A stretch of 64,000 nt of DNA, taken from contig CAXXWX010000007.1 in the NCBI GenBank assembly GCA_963675745.2, positions 64,001-128,000 on the forward strand, written 5' to 3'. How positions within the stretch are numbered: the first letter of the stretch is position 1; every line of letters begins with the position of its first letter. The DNA is from Phycisphaerae bacterium. Its GTDB lineage: Bacteria; Planctomycetota; Phycisphaerae; UBA1845; Fen-1342. The notes beneath the pieces were generated by a model that saw only the letters and a program-made list of their open reading frames with translations, did not search any database and was not told the DNA's origin. The translations under genes and the position numbers were made by a program. Positions 19,001 through 29,315 of the stretch are shown here, one piece after another.

Positions 19001-21181
19001 CTTGAGGCCCGTCAGAGTCACCGCAATCAGTGGCACTGCCAGGTATGCGCCGTCGCCGCAATTGGGCAGGTCGGCCATCAGGCCGTCGAGCGAATCGAGC
19101 AGGTACTCCGCAAGCACCAGCTCCAAGTAATCGCCGAACTGCTCCTGCGTCAGCCCGGTGCGCCCTTCATCCTCGGTGATCGGCCGCTTCACGCGGTCGA
19201 ATCGTACCGTGGCGTTGATCGTTTCGGGTGGTTGCTGCACCGGTACCGAATTCTCGTCCAACTCGTATTTGATCTTCAGGAGGCTGATATCGGCGGAGAA
19301 GTACTCATCGGGCGTACTTTGGCAGAACGTGGCGTTGTTGACCGCATAGTGCGTCTCCGCGCTGATGTATGTACCGCCGGTGCCATCATCTTCCTGGTTC
19401 TTCCAGAGCCAATTGCCGGTGAAGCTCCTTTGCGAGGGGTCCAGGTTGATGACCTGACTGACCTCGGCCAGGTCGTCGGCGACTTCGGGCGAATTCGGCC
19501 GGGCCGTCGTGAATCGCATGATCTCGACAAACAGCAACTGCTCGTATTCGCTCTTGGCGGGATCGGGCTCTTTCGGCGGCAGGCCAAACCACATGCTGTC
19601 CAGGTCGCCGGCATGGTTGAACCGCAGCAAGACGTGCGCAACGTCGTCATCGGCGTCAAACTTCGTGTACCAGCACCCGGTCAGGCGGTTACACGGGTTG
19701 TTGTCCTGACGCTCGACGTACATGCGGATGGCCCCCCAGGATTGTGACCGGTCCTTCGCCGGACGCAGGAACACACCCGGCTTGCCTACCAGGCAGTCCG
19801 CTGCGCCGCAGTGTTGAATCTCCACGCCTTCGAACGTGCGCAACTGGCGAAATGCGTTGACATCCATCAGCGGCCACCAGAAGAGGTTCGTGTAGTCGGC
19901 GGGGGCGCGGCCCTGGTTCACATCCAGGTACTGCAGCAGCGGCGATGTTCTCTTGAGGTTGAGCGAGTTGCGCAGGTGCCACAGATTACCGCGCAGCTCG
20001 AGCGCTACCGAGTGCGCCGGCCGAACGAAGAAACGGTCGGGCCCGGCAGGCATTCCGTAGGTCTCCGGCCAGAAACAGAACGCCGCGTTGTATTCGTAGT
20101 CGTATTTGCTCTCGTCGAGCTTTTCCTCATTCATTCGTCCGACGATCAGGTTGAGCGCCTCGGCGCTGAGCAGGTTCTGGGATGGATCGCTGTCGGGGAT
20201 TTTCTCGAATCCGCCGACGTCGTCGAAGAACGTTCCAAGCAGCGCCTGAATCTCGCGGTCATCGTCGAGATAGAGGTCCGAGGCGGTGCGCGGCGAGATC
20301 TTGATGCTGGGGTACTTTGCCAGCACACGTGTCTTGTACATGTTGAAGTCGCAACCGCGCGCGGCGAATTGCTCGAGCATGTAGTAGCGCGTGCCCACAT
20401 GGCACTGCTGTGCCCAGAACTTGGGCTCGGCGACAGCGGTACCGCTGAAGTGCTCGATTTGAAACACTGCCGTCGCGCCGTCATCCTCCAGCGCGACCAC
20501 ACCACCGGTCGCGTACGCCAGGCTCGGATCGTCGCCGGGGAAGTACAGCTCGATCGGCGCATCATCTTCCGTCCACGGTTCGGGCAGCGGCACGCGCAAT
20601 GTCAAAGGGCTGTCGAACGTCAGGCCGCTCGGCTGGAGTACGACACCGGCCACAACGCCCTCGGGCAGCGCTTCGAGGTGCTCATCGTCGAGCGGAATGA
20701 CACCGATTGTGGCATCCTCGCTGAGCGCATCGGGTGGGATCTCAAGTGTCATGCCGGAGTCGTGCGTGATCGTCCCGCCTTCGGCCGCCGCAATGAACTT
20801 GCTGACGCCGTTATTAGGGTCTACGTCAGTCGGTGGCGGGTCGCCGGGAGTCGCATCGTTCGGATCGTCGTTCGGCGCGTCATTCGGATCGTTAGCTTGG
20901 TCACCGGGAGAGTCCGCGGAACCGTCGCCGTCACCGCCGTCAGTGCCGTCACCGCCGTCACTGCCGTCACCGCCGTCCGTACTGCCGGAATCTCCGTCCG
21001 GCGCCTGCGTGGTGGGTTCGTTCTGCTCGGCCGGTGTTGTGTCGCCGGCATCGATGCCATCGGGCGGCAGCTCGGTCGGATCGGCGCAACCGACCACGAG
21101 CATGGTGCCCAGGATCAGGATCAAGCCCAGCGCCAGCGGGCGCGTGACGGCGTGGTTGCGGGTAATACTCAATGACATCAT
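18968..21181 (-). CDS. Large lipoprotein with acidic linker, ZU5-like domain and Cys-Gly/TM/Arg C-terminal tail
   Basis: Lipobox VVGC; DGG repeats; GG.I....G..L.IP.DAL...L.PSGL.F..P....HFS (ZU5-like); ends PNCGDGAYLAVPLIAVTLTGLKLHGGRRHRRC. Confidence 0.78.
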   Translation of the reverse strand: MMSLSITRNHAVTRPLALGLILILGTMLVVGCADPTELPPDGIDAGDTTPAEQNEPTTQAPDGDSGSTDGGDGSDGGDGTDGGDGDGSADSPGDQANDPNDAPNDDPNDATPGDPPPTDVDPNNGVSKFIAAAEGGTITHDSGMTLEIPPDALSEDATIGVIPLDDEHLEALPEGVVAGVVLQPSGLTFDSPLTLRVPLPEPWTEDDAPIELYFPGDDPSLAYATGGVVALEDDGATAVFQIEHFSGTAVAEPKFWAQQCHVGTRYYMLEQFAARGCDFNMYKTRVLAKYPSIKISPRTASDLYLDDDREIQALLGTFFDDVGGFEKIPDSDPSQNLLSAEALNLIVGRMNEEKLDESKYDYEYNAAFCFWPETYGMPAGPDRFFVRPAHSVALELRGNLWHLRNSLNLKRTSPLLQYLDVNQGRAPADYTNLFWWPLMDVNAFRQLRTFEGVEIQHCGAADCLVGKPGVFLRPAKDRSQSWGAIRMYVERQDNNPCNRLTGCWYTKFDADDDVAHVLLRFNHAGDLDSMWFGLPPKEPDPAKSEYEQLLFVEIMRFTTARPNSPEVADDLAEVSQVINLDPSQRSFTGNWLWKNQEDDGTGGTYISAETHYAVNNATFCQSTPDEYFSADISLLKIKYELDENSVPVQQPPETINATVRFDRVKRPITEDEGRTGLTQEQFGDYLELVLAEYLLDSLDGLMADLPNCGDGAYLAVPLIAVTLTGLKLHGGRRHRRC

Positions 21182-21362
21182 TGTCCCTCCGCTACTCGAG
21201 TGCGCTGCGGGCTACGTGCGGTCTGTGTCGAATCGGATTGGTCGGAATGCAACATGAAGGCGAGTTCATCTGATTAGCCCTGGATCACCGCCGTTCGCAC
21301 GACACCGATGTGCATCCCAGGTGCCATCGTACCCGCGATGGCGCGACGTTGGCAAGCAAAAC

Positions 21363-21448
21363 TGTGCTGGTGCGAGATTCCTATCCTGTGCTGGTGCGAG
21401 ATTCCTATCTCGCACCTACCCACGCGGGAAGGGATTCCCGCACGAGCG
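21363..21448. repeat. REP-like element, same family as 18764..18876, with an internal tandem duplication of about 24 bp
   Basis: TGTGCTGGTGCGAGATTCCTATC occurs twice, followed by TCGCAC and CGCGGGAAGGGATTCCCGCACGAGC. Confidence 0.85.
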
Positions 21449-21464
21449 CCTTCACACGCGTGCG

Positions 21465-23834
21465 CTATGGGCCGAGCAAGTCGGCCGCGAAAGCCGCGAA
21501 GTCGCTTGCGTCCACGTCGGTGTCGGCGTCGAAACGCATGGCGGCACAGGCGGCGGTTGCTGGTTCATCGGGGCCGGCGAAACATGCCTGAAGCGCAGCG
21601 AAGTCGATGACGTCCACGTCGCCGTCGCAGTCACCGTCTCCCAGATTGCCGCACAGCACGTCAAAGACAACAAACGCCGCACCGCCGGCGACGCCTTCAC
21701 CGGACGGCAGCGAGCCGGCGTCGAGCGCGTCACCGACCTCGCCATCCAACGCGGCGCCGCTATTGGCCGCCGTCAGCGCATCACTGACGGACAGCGTGTA
21801 GCGATCGGCCGGCAATGGGCTCGCGGCAGTCAGCGTGGCGGTATTGGTCGGGCTGTCATACGAGAACGAGACAGCCTGCACACCGCCCGCGTCGCCGACC
21901 AGCGTGTAGTCGCCGGACGAGGTGCTCACGTCCGTGTGAAACGTGATCGTCACCTGCGTCGGCGACGCGGCCCCCTCGACAACCTCCCCCGGAGCCGGCT
22001 CTGTCGCGACGATTGTCGGCGGGCCGGGCACAAATGCCGCCACGGTCCGCCCGCTGGTCAGAATCCACTCGTCCGGATCGAGCTGCACGCTGCTGGGTGC
22101 AGTGAAGACGGGGATCACAAAGTGCTCGGGGTCGTGATCGTTGAAGACCACGTATGTGACGCCATCGATCACGATGTCGATCGGCATGGTGAACCGCTGG
22201 ATCGATGTGCTCTGCGTCTGGTCGATGTAGACCAGCACATAGTCCTGTCCGCCGACGTGGACGGTGTCCCAGCCCCAGGTGTAGTAGGGGACGTATTCGC
22301 CGTAGATCCACTCGCCGAAGAACCAGTCAAGGTCGCCGGACGGATAGAACTGCTCGCAGACAGTCTGAAAGTCCTCGGTCGTGGCGGCGCTGTACTCAAA
22401 GGCGGACCGGTAGGCGGCCAGCGCGGCGAAGAACTCATCGCTGCCGAGCACATGTCGCAGCATGTGCACGACCCAGCCGCCTTTGTCATAACTGGTGTTG
22501 CCGTCAAAGATGTCGTAGAGGCCGGTGACCTCGGCGTCGGTTACGTAAACGCTGCCGGCGCCGGTGTATTTCTTGGCGGCCATATTGGCCTTGAGCGCGG
22601 GCAATCCACTGCTGCCGGGCTTGAACTCCGCCCAGAGCGCTTCGGTGTATGTCGCGAAGCCCTCATTAAGCCAGATGTGGTTCCACGTCTTGCAGGTGAT
22701 CATGTCACCCCACCACTGGTGGCCGAGCTCGTGGACGGTGACGCTTTCAGAGAACGTCCCCTGGGCGGTAAAGGTCTGATGCTCCATGCCGCCGCCGAAC
22801 TCGCATTCATAGATACCGTATTTCTCGTTCACAAACGGATACTCGCCATAGAGGTCGCGCAGCGTGTACAGCATGTCGACAGCTTTGTTCCAGGCCGTGC
22901 GGTTGGCCGCGGTGTTGTCCTCGGGGTAGATGTAGAACTCCACGGGCATGCTGCCACCGGCGGCCGGCGTGTACGTCTGCGACCACGTGTCGTAATTGGT
23001 CGTCGAGAAGCAGACCAGGTATGGCGTGATGGGGTAGTCGCTGGACCAGCGATACCGCGCGCGGTTGTCGGGCAGCGGGTCGATACCCAGCAACAGGCCG
23101 TTCGAGGCGGTCACCATGTCGTCCGCGGCGCTGACCGCCAGCTCCAGCGTGAACTTGTCCGAGTTGTCGCCGGGTTCGCCCCAGTCGCCATCCTTGGTCG
23201 GCCACCAGGTATATGAGTAGTACGGCTCGCTGAGCGAGTAGGTGATGTCGCCGGTGCCGTGGCTGGTGAACTCGATCGAGCCAAAGCCGCGGGACTCGGC
23301 GTGGCCGCTGTAGGCGATGGTCAGCGTGAACACCTCGTCCATGGCGTACATGCGGTCGAGCGCCGCAACGCGCGTGGTGCTGGATGGCGCCGATACGGTG
23401 ACCGGCGTGGTGCCGTTCACGAGCGCGCTGGTGATCGTGTATTGGCTGCGCAAGCGGAAGGTGCACTGGGTCAGGGCATCCGACTTGCTCTGGACGGTCA
23501 TCGTGTTGGTGCCGGCGATGTTGTCGTAGAGCTCGGGCCAGAGCTCAATCTCCAGATTGCAGTGGAGCAGGTCGGTGTCCTGAAAAGCCTCGCGCAATCC
23601 CAGCGTCACCTGGGTGTCGTATTCCGTCTGCTCCGCGGCGCGGGCCGGCTCGGCCTGATAGCGCTGCTGGAGTGCGCGCGCTTTGCCACACCCTCTGACC
23701 CGCTCAGCCGGCAACTGGTTGGCATCAGAAGCACCTGGTTCCGCCGCCCATCCGGTCGCCACCACGAGCACGCTTAGTAATGCAGATGCCCCGGCTCGCG
23801 CCGCCTTGCCACCAAGCTGATCCCCACGCACCAT
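21465..23834 (-). CDS. Secreted M1 family zinc aminopeptidase with Ig-like and C-terminal dockerin-like domain
   Basis: GGMEH, HELGHQWWG...WLNEGFA, YDKGGWV.HML; C-terminal GDGDCDGDVD..DF and FDADTDVD..DF. Confidence 0.92.
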   Translation of the reverse strand: MVRGDQLGGKAARAGASALLSVLVVATGWAAEPGASDANQLPAERVRGCGKARALQQRYQAEPARAAEQTEYDTQVTLGLREAFQDTDLLHCNLEIELWPELYDNIAGTNTMTVQSKSDALTQCTFRLRSQYTITSALVNGTTPVTVSAPSSTTRVAALDRMYAMDEVFTLTIAYSGHAESRGFGSIEFTSHGTGDITYSLSEPYYSYTWWPTKDGDWGEPGDNSDKFTLELAVSAADDMVTASNGLLLGIDPLPDNRARYRWSSDYPITPYLVCFSTTNYDTWSQTYTPAAGGSMPVEFYIYPEDNTAANRTAWNKAVDMLYTLRDLYGEYPFVNEKYGIYECEFGGGMEHQTFTAQGTFSESVTVHELGHQWWGDMITCKTWNHIWLNEGFATYTEALWAEFKPGSSGLPALKANMAAKKYTGAGSVYVTDAEVTGLYDIFDGNTSYDKGGWVVHMLRHVLGSDEFFAALAAYRSAFEYSAATTEDFQTVCEQFYPSGDLDWFFGEWIYGEYVPYYTWGWDTVHVGGQDYVLVYIDQTQSTSIQRFTMPIDIVIDGVTYVVFNDHDPEHFVIPVFTAPSSVQLDPDEWILTSGRTVAAFVPGPPTIVATEPAPGEVVEGAASPTQVTITFHTDVSTSSGDYTLVGDAGGVQAVSFSYDSPTNTATLTAASPLPADRYTLSVSDALTAANSGAALDGEVGDALDAGSLPSGEGVAGGAAFVVFDVLCGNLGDGDCDGDVDVIDFAALQACFAGPDEPATAACAAMRFDADTDVDASDFAAFAADLLGP

Positions 23835-24117
23835 GCCTGACCCACTCCGCTGAGTTGCTGCCGCGCAAGATTGTCCCAGCGCATGACGCGGCGGCAGAGA
23901 GGATCTCCGCTCGCGCTGACGATTCGCGGCGGTCGGAGATTCGCGCGTCAGGCGGCTGCACTGTCGATCCTATCGAATCAGACCCCCGTTAGTAAACGCC
24001 AAGTTCCACTGGTTCGCGGTTGTCGGAGGCGACTCATGGCGATGCGATCGTGGTTGCCCCCTTTGCGCGACGGAACCCTGCACCTATGATCTGCCGATAA
24101 CTGATCTGGAGGACCGC

Positions 24118-25317
24118 ATGATTCGCACACGAACAAAGCCCCACGTGTTGGTAATCGCATCGTTGCTCGCGGTGATGCTGGTGGTCGGTGGTTGCGTGCC
24201 CAGCCTTCCGGATGATCGCACACCAGTCGCCGCGGACTACGATGCCGAGTATGTCGTGCGCGGTACCGATGGCGCCACCGCCCTCGCCGCCTCAGAGGAC
24301 GGGCACGTATTCTATGGCGAGAAGAACACGGGCGTCATCCGCGTGCTGGTTGACGGGGCGCTCCAGGCGGCGGCCTTTGCCGATCTGCCGGTGAATTATG
24401 CGCACGACCGCGGCATTCTGAGTATTGCGCTGGCGCCAGATTTCGAGGACAACCGGCGCGTGTACGTGCTGTATTCGCGATCCGACACCGGAGGCGACAC
24501 GAACGTGGCCGAGGGAATCCTCGACAACCGCATCGTGTATTTCAATGTGGCCGCCGATGGTGGGCCGGACATTGTGGCCGCCGGCGGAGAGGTCTTTGTC
24601 GCTTCGCTGCCGGCGGGACCGTTGGGCGTCAATCCCGGCGGGCGCATCGCGTTTGGTACGGACGGGCTTTTGTATGTGGCGTTGGGTGATTTCGGCCAGC
24701 CCGAACTGGTCCAGGACGACGCCCATCTGCATGGCAAACTGTTGCGGTATAACCCAGACGGAACGATTCCGGATGACAATCGTGTGAGCGGCTCGCCGTT
24801 GTACGCCCGCGGTCTGCGCGACCCGCGCGGGCTGGTGTTTGACCCACTCTCGGAGAGTGCGTTTCTCATCGACCGGCAGGCTGACGGTCGCAGCGAAATC
24901 AACGTGGTGAGCTATAACGGCAACTATGGCTGGCCCGGCGTGACCGGCATGAATGACACACCCGAGGAACAGAGCTTCGTCGATGGCGTGTCCGCCGGCG
25001 ATCCCGGCCAGGGCGACCCCACCTATATCGACCCGACGCTGGTCACCAGCAATAACCTGACGCGCGACCTCACCGGCATGTCATTCAACGTCGGCGGTCG
25101 CTACGGACCGGATACGCTCGGTGATATGTTCGTGGGCGACAGCGGCAACCGGCGCGTGGTGAACCTCACGCTTGACGCGACGCGCGGGCACGTCGTGAGC
25201 GAAGAGGAGTTTGCGCACCGCTTTCCATCGGCGATAACCGACGTGCTGGTAACACCCGCCGGCACAATGTACGTCGCGACGGAGACCGATCTCTTTCGGA
25301 TAGTGCCGGCGCAGTGA
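24118..25317 (+). CDS. Glucose/sorbosone dehydrogenase-like (GSDH, PQQ beta-propeller) lipoprotein
   Basis: Lipobox VGGC; GGRIAFG.DG.LYVALGD, GKLLR.NPDGTIP.DN, YARGLRDP, EIN....GNYGWP; GGAGG RBS. Confidence 0.88.
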   Translation: MIRTRTKPHVLVIASLLAVMLVVGGCVPSLPDDRTPVAADYDAEYVVRGTDGATALAASEDGHVFYGEKNTGVIRVLVDGALQAAAFADLPVNYAHDRGILSIALAPDFEDNRRVYVLYSRSDTGGDTNVAEGILDNRIVYFNVAADGGPDIVAAGGEVFVASLPAGPLGVNPGGRIAFGTDGLLYVALGDFGQPELVQDDAHLHGKLLRYNPDGTIPDDNRVSGSPLYARGLRDPRGLVFDPLSESAFLIDRQADGRSEINVVSYNGNYGWPGVTGMNDTPEEQSFVDGVSAGDPGQGDPTYIDPTLVTSNNLTRDLTGMSFNVGGRYGPDTLGDMFVGDSGNRRVVNLTLDATRGHVVSEEEFAHRFPSAITDVLVTPAGTMYVATETDLFRIVPAQ

Positions 25318-25330
25318 GAGCGTGGGAAAA

Positions 25331-25397
25331 CAGGGACTAAGGGAATGAGGGACTAAGGGATTAAGGCCTGGTAGCACAGCCTTTCCCTTAATCCCTC
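25331..25397. repeat. Octamer tandem repeats (AGGGA.T.) with a short inverted counterpart, between convergent genes
   Basis: agggacta agggaatg agggacta agggatta ... tcccttaatccct. Confidence 0.6.
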
Positions 25398-25412
25398 GTT
25401 TTCGTTCAGCGC

Positions 25413-25682
25413 TCAGACGCCGGCCTTGGCGCGCAGCTCGGTCTCGGCGCGATACCAGTCCTCGTTGGGATCACCCGGTGCATACCCGCGCTCGCGGTAA
25501 ATCTCGTACGCGCGATTGCGCACCTGCTCCTCGTCGAGCGTTGCCGCTTTCGCCTTGCGCGCCGTGGTCGCGCCGGTTTTTGCTGGCGCGCGCTTGGTAG
25601 CGGTTCCCTTGGCGGCGGTGCCCTTGGCGGCCGCCTTCTTGGCGGGCGTCTTCTTGGTCGTCCTCTTGCTCGTCTTGGCCAT
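25413..25682 (-). CDS. DUF2934-like protein with Lys/Ala-rich histone-H1-like N-terminus
   Basis: EQVRNRAYEIY.ERG..PG....DWY.AE.EL; GGAGG RBS before ATG 25682. Confidence 0.85.
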   Translation of the reverse strand: MAKTSKRTTKKTPAKKAAAKGTAAKGTATKRAPAKTGATTARKAKAATLDEEQVRNRAYEIYRERGYAPGDPNEDWYRAETELRAKAGV

Positions 25683-25828
25683 TTCGAACCTCCGTGTCAT
25701 GACGCTCTCGGCGTCGCTCCGGTTTATCGCGACATTCCAGCCCGACTCAGGGTCTGGAGCTGTCTTGCACATTCACGATTGTTTTGCCGGTTAGCCCCCG
25801 TGGCAAGCACCCGGCCTTCAGGGCGGGT

Positions 25829-26797
25829 TCAGAACCACCAGGCCTCGCCGGCCTTGTCCTTGATCATCACGGATCTCAGGTAGGTAACCGCTTTCTCAAA
25901 CCCCTCTTGCACGCTCATCAGGCAGTCTTCATGCTCGATGCTGATGACGCCGTCATAGCCCTTTTGCCGCAACATGCTGACAAATGGCTTCCAGAATTCG
26001 TCGCCATGGCCGTAGCCGCACGTGCGGAAGACCCAGCTACGGCGATCAAGCAGCCCATAGCTCTTGGCGTCGAGCGTCCCGTTGATGCGGGTGTTGTGCG
26101 TATCGATCGCCGTGTCCTTGCCGTGGACATGAAAGATGCACTGCGCATCACCGAACACGCGCGCCGCTTCGATCGGGTCAATCCCCTGCCAGAAAAAGTG
26201 CGACGGGTCCAGGTTGGCGCCGAGCTGGTCACCGGCGGCGGCCCGCAGTTTCAGCAGAGTCTCCGGGTTGTAGACACAGAATCCCGGGTGCGCCTCGAAG
26301 GCGATTTTCACACCCGCGTCGCGCGCCTCCTGGTTTTTCTTGCTCCAGAACGGGACCAGCACATCGTCCCACTGGTACTTCTGGATCGCCAGATATTCGT
26401 CGGGCCAGGCACAGGTGACCCAATTGGGTTGCTTGTCGTCGGGGCTGCCGCCGGGGCAGCCTGAGAATGTGATCACGACATCGGTGCCGAGTTTGGGGGC
26501 GAGCTGGATGGCAACGTCGTGCTCGCGCGCGTGCTGCGCCGCAAGGTCGGCGTTCGGGCTGACGGCGTTACCGTGTACGGCCAACCCGATGATCTCCAAC
26601 CCGCGCTGCTTCACGTCCTCGATGATTCTTTGCTGGGCGGCCTTGTCACGTAGCACCTCTTCCGGGTCAAAAAACGGCTTTCCCGGATACGCGCCGACGG
26701 GGATTTCTATCGCGTCGAGGCCCACCTGCTTGCAGTAGTCGAGCGCTTTGTCCCAGCCCATCTGGCCGAGGCCGGCTCCCATGACGCCCAGTTTCAT
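25829..26797 (-). CDS. Sugar phosphate isomerase/epimerase (xylose isomerase-like TIM barrel)
   Basis: FEAHPG, NLDPSH, FHVHGKD, FRTCGYGH, SIEHED. Confidence 0.9.
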   Translation of the reverse strand: MKLGVMGAGLGQMGWDKALDYCKQVGLDAIEIPVGAYPGKPFFDPEEVLRDKAAQQRIIEDVKQRGLEIIGLAVHGNAVSPNADLAAQHAREHDVAIQLAPKLGTDVVITFSGCPGGSPDDKQPNWVTCAWPDEYLAIQKYQWDDVLVPFWSKKNQEARDAGVKIAFEAHPGFCVYNPETLLKLRAAAGDQLGANLDPSHFFWQGIDPIEAARVFGDAQCIFHVHGKDTAIDTHNTRINGTLDAKSYGLLDRRSWVFRTCGYGHGDEFWKPFVSMLRQKGYDGVISIEHEDCLMSVQEGFEKAVTYLRSVMIKDKAGEAWWF

Positions 26798-26975
26798 CTG
26801 CCCGATCTCCGAAACACGTCGCGTGTGTCACAAACTCAAGCGGACACTTTAACCGCCCGCTCGGCTCACGACAACGGGCCGGAGTGTTGGGGGTCGCGGG
26901 GGTGCGTGACACTTGCGGCGGGACGTTGGCAGCGGTGGTCCGGTGAAGCTTGCCCCAGAGGGGCATGGGGCCGGT

Positions 26976-27465
26976 GCCACGGGTGCAGCGCAGCGTAACC
27001 CGTGAGCACGGTCTGCTCAGCCGCGACTCTTCGCCCTGAAGGGGCGCAGGCGCATGGCCACGGGTGCAGCGCAGCGCAACCCGTGGATAGGATGCGGGTT
27101 GACATGTCATTCCGCCCCGCAGGGGCGGGGGAGGCGCGCAGGCCGGGGACCTTCACGCGATTGCTCTATCACGTGGCCTTCAGCACCAAGCACCGCGCCG
27201 ACCTCATCGCCACGGAGCTGCAACCACGCCTGTACGAGCACGTCGCAGTTCGGGATCGTGCGGCGATATATCCAAGTTCAGGCGGCGCATCATGGTCGAC
27301 GAGGATTCGTGGAGGAGCCGAAGGCGTTGCTGGACGCACACGGGATCGAGCACGACGCGCGATACCTGGAGGGCTGAGCGCATCTTCCGCCGCCCCTGCG
27401 GGGCGGAGAGCTTGTGGTGGCGGACCGTGTCCACGGGTTCCGCTGCGCTCCACCCGTGGCTACGC
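26976..27465. repeat. REP-like palindromes flanking the transposase remnant (CCACGGGT..GCGC..ACCCGTG; CGCCCC.C.GGGGCG)
   Basis: Hairpins near 26977, 27032, 27058, 27113, 27391 and 27431; left and right sets inverted. Confidence 0.8.
27140..27377 (+). pseudogene. Internally deleted IS200/IS605-like (RAYT-type) Y1 transposase remnant
   Basis: N-part TFTRLLYHVAFSTKHR..LI..ELQPRLYE joined out of frame to C-part VRRYI..Q..HH..RGF.EE...LL..HGI..D.RYL; HUH segment absent; AGG where an ATG would follow the GGAGG RBS. Confidence 0.82.
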
Positions 27466-27610
27466 GCCCACGCTCCTCCGGAGCGAAACGCTCGTGCCCG
27501 GGCCGCTGGCACGGATGACCACACGCCGCCGATTCTGTCACGGGCCCGCTCACGGGGAAGTGGTGGGACGCAACCGGCGGCGACTGCTCGCCTGCTGTTC
27601 TTTCACGATT

Positions 27611-27793
27611 GTCCCGGAGGGACATTTGACTGTAGCCCAGCACGCAGTGCTGGGATTGGATCGCGTAACCGCCCGCCAAGTCCCGTACGGGACGACTGAA
27701 AGTTCAGCCGTCCCGATGGGACTCGGTTTCTACGTGGCCGCAACTGCCCCAGCACTGCGTGCTGGGCTACGTTCACTGCGTCGCTGCGGGACG
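27611..27793. repeat. Second REP-like cluster (GTCCC..GGGAC; CCCAGCAC..GTGCTGGG)
   Basis: GTAGCCCAGCACGCAGTGCTGGG and its exact reverse complement CCCAGCACTGCGTGCTGGGCTAC, plus three GTCCC-n-GGGAC hairpins. Confidence 0.8.
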
Positions 27794-27895
27794 GCCCGGC
27801 TGCGACCAGTCGATTGTCTCACGCCCCTCGATCCAGTGCAACGTCAACGGATGACGGCGTGGCCGGCGGCGCACCCCTGCGCGTCCGGCCGGCGC

Positions 27896-29300
27896 CTACT
27901 CACCCGCCTCCAGTGTCACATTGTCCTGCTCGTGCAGGTGCCCCTGTAGAAAGACCAGGTGGTAGGGCAGGTCTGCCTTGTCGCCGGCGGCGATCCGGGA
28001 CGTGAATTGCGGGCTACGGTAATCGTGGAGCACCGGGTCCAGGTCGCTGCGAAAAATCACGTGGCCGGCAAACGTCCGCCGCAGTTCCACGTCGATCGGC
28101 TTCGCGCGGTAATTGCGGATTCGCTCCACCCACAGCTCGTGCTCCTTCCAGCCCGCGACCTTGTCGTCCACCCTGATCTTGTGCCCACTGTCCGGGCTGT
28201 AATAGACGTTCATGCCGTTGCGGCGATACCAGAAGTCATCACGCCAGGTCTTCAGCCGGATCAGCTCATGGATGACCTCCGGGTCGACGCCCAGATTCAG
28301 CACGATCTCCTGTCCGATCGGCACATACTCGATCCGCTGTTGCGCCAGACACGAAAGTCCGTCGTGGCCGTTGTCGCGGTAAAGCCGCACGATTCCATCC
28401 GGCAGCGGGGTCGTGCCGAGGTCGCTGGCCTCGTCGTTGCGCAACAGGAACAGCCGCACCAGCGCTTCGCCATATTCCGCCGGTCGGTAGCGATACTGAA
28501 TGTTAAACGGCACGCGTTTGCCCTGGAATGAGCGCATGCGCTTGGACCACGCGTGTTTGACGGTCTCGGTGCCGTCGATGGTGTAGATGAAGTACTCGCT
28601 GAGGCCCTCCTTGACGATCTCCTTGGGCGCCGTGGCGGCCATCCGCGCCGCGGCCATATCCATCAACTCACCACGGGCCACGCCTTTGAACTCGCGCGCC
28701 AGTACAACCCCTTCTCGATAGGCCCGTTCCTGTTCAGGCTGGATCAGGCCGCGCTGGGCCAACTCCGCGACTTTCTCCACGAGGTTGATCGTGCCGACGA
28801 CCAGGCGAATCTGCGCGTCGGCGTAGTCCTCGCCGGAGTTATTCGTGATGCGCACGAATCCCTCGAAGTGCATGCTTTCCTCGCCCGGATCGGCGATGCA
28901 GACGTAGTCCGCCGACCAGGAGATACCGCTCGTGAAGTAGGTAATCTCCACGACCGCGTCGCCGTCGAAGCCGCTACGCACATTCCAATACAGCATCTGC
29001 GGCTTGTCGTGCGGAAAGGTCGTGTCGAGCAGGTCGAGGGTGTCGGCGTGAGTCTTGAAACGCAGATCCACACTGGTCGGGTCGATCAGCGTGTTGGCCC
29101 ACGAGAACTGGAGCGCGTTGACGCCCACCTTGAACGTGATGTGCCGCGTCTCGCGAACCAGCGTGAGATCCTCGCTGTTGTAGATGGTCAGTTGCACCGT
29201 ATCGCGCGGGGGGATCGTCGAAAGGTCGATGTTCTTGCCGGCGGCGCTCGATACCAGTGCCAGCACCAGAGCGCTTGAGACTGATTGACGCGTATCGCAT
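27896..29300 (-). CDS. DUF4139-type secreted protein; frameshift within the signal-peptide region
   Basis: VQLTIYN..DLTLVRE.R, Y.T.GISW.ADY, NNSGEDY..A, PLP.G.VRLY; AAGGAG RBS precedes ATG 29300, which is one base out of frame near 29282. Confidence 0.8.
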
Positions 29301-29315
29301 GACGATTGCTCCTTT

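Noticed and set aside
17916..19061. 381-aa ORF suggesting EF-P with a long repeated N-terminal extension
   Set aside because: Extension is translation through the 124-bp direct repeats and REP hairpins; an RBS and ATG at 18488 give a normal-length EF-P
20920..20985. 9-bp tandem repeats
   Set aside because: Simply encode the DGG/DGS acidic linker of the lipoprotein
15536..23216. Long antisense ORFs (e.g. 15536..17272, 19811..21175, 21321..23216; also 56384..58462)
   Set aside because: Shadow ORFs expected opposite real genes in high-GC DNA; no motifs
27002..27949. 315-aa ORF
   Set aside because: Mostly read-through of palindromic repeats; only a short stretch belongs to the transposase remnant
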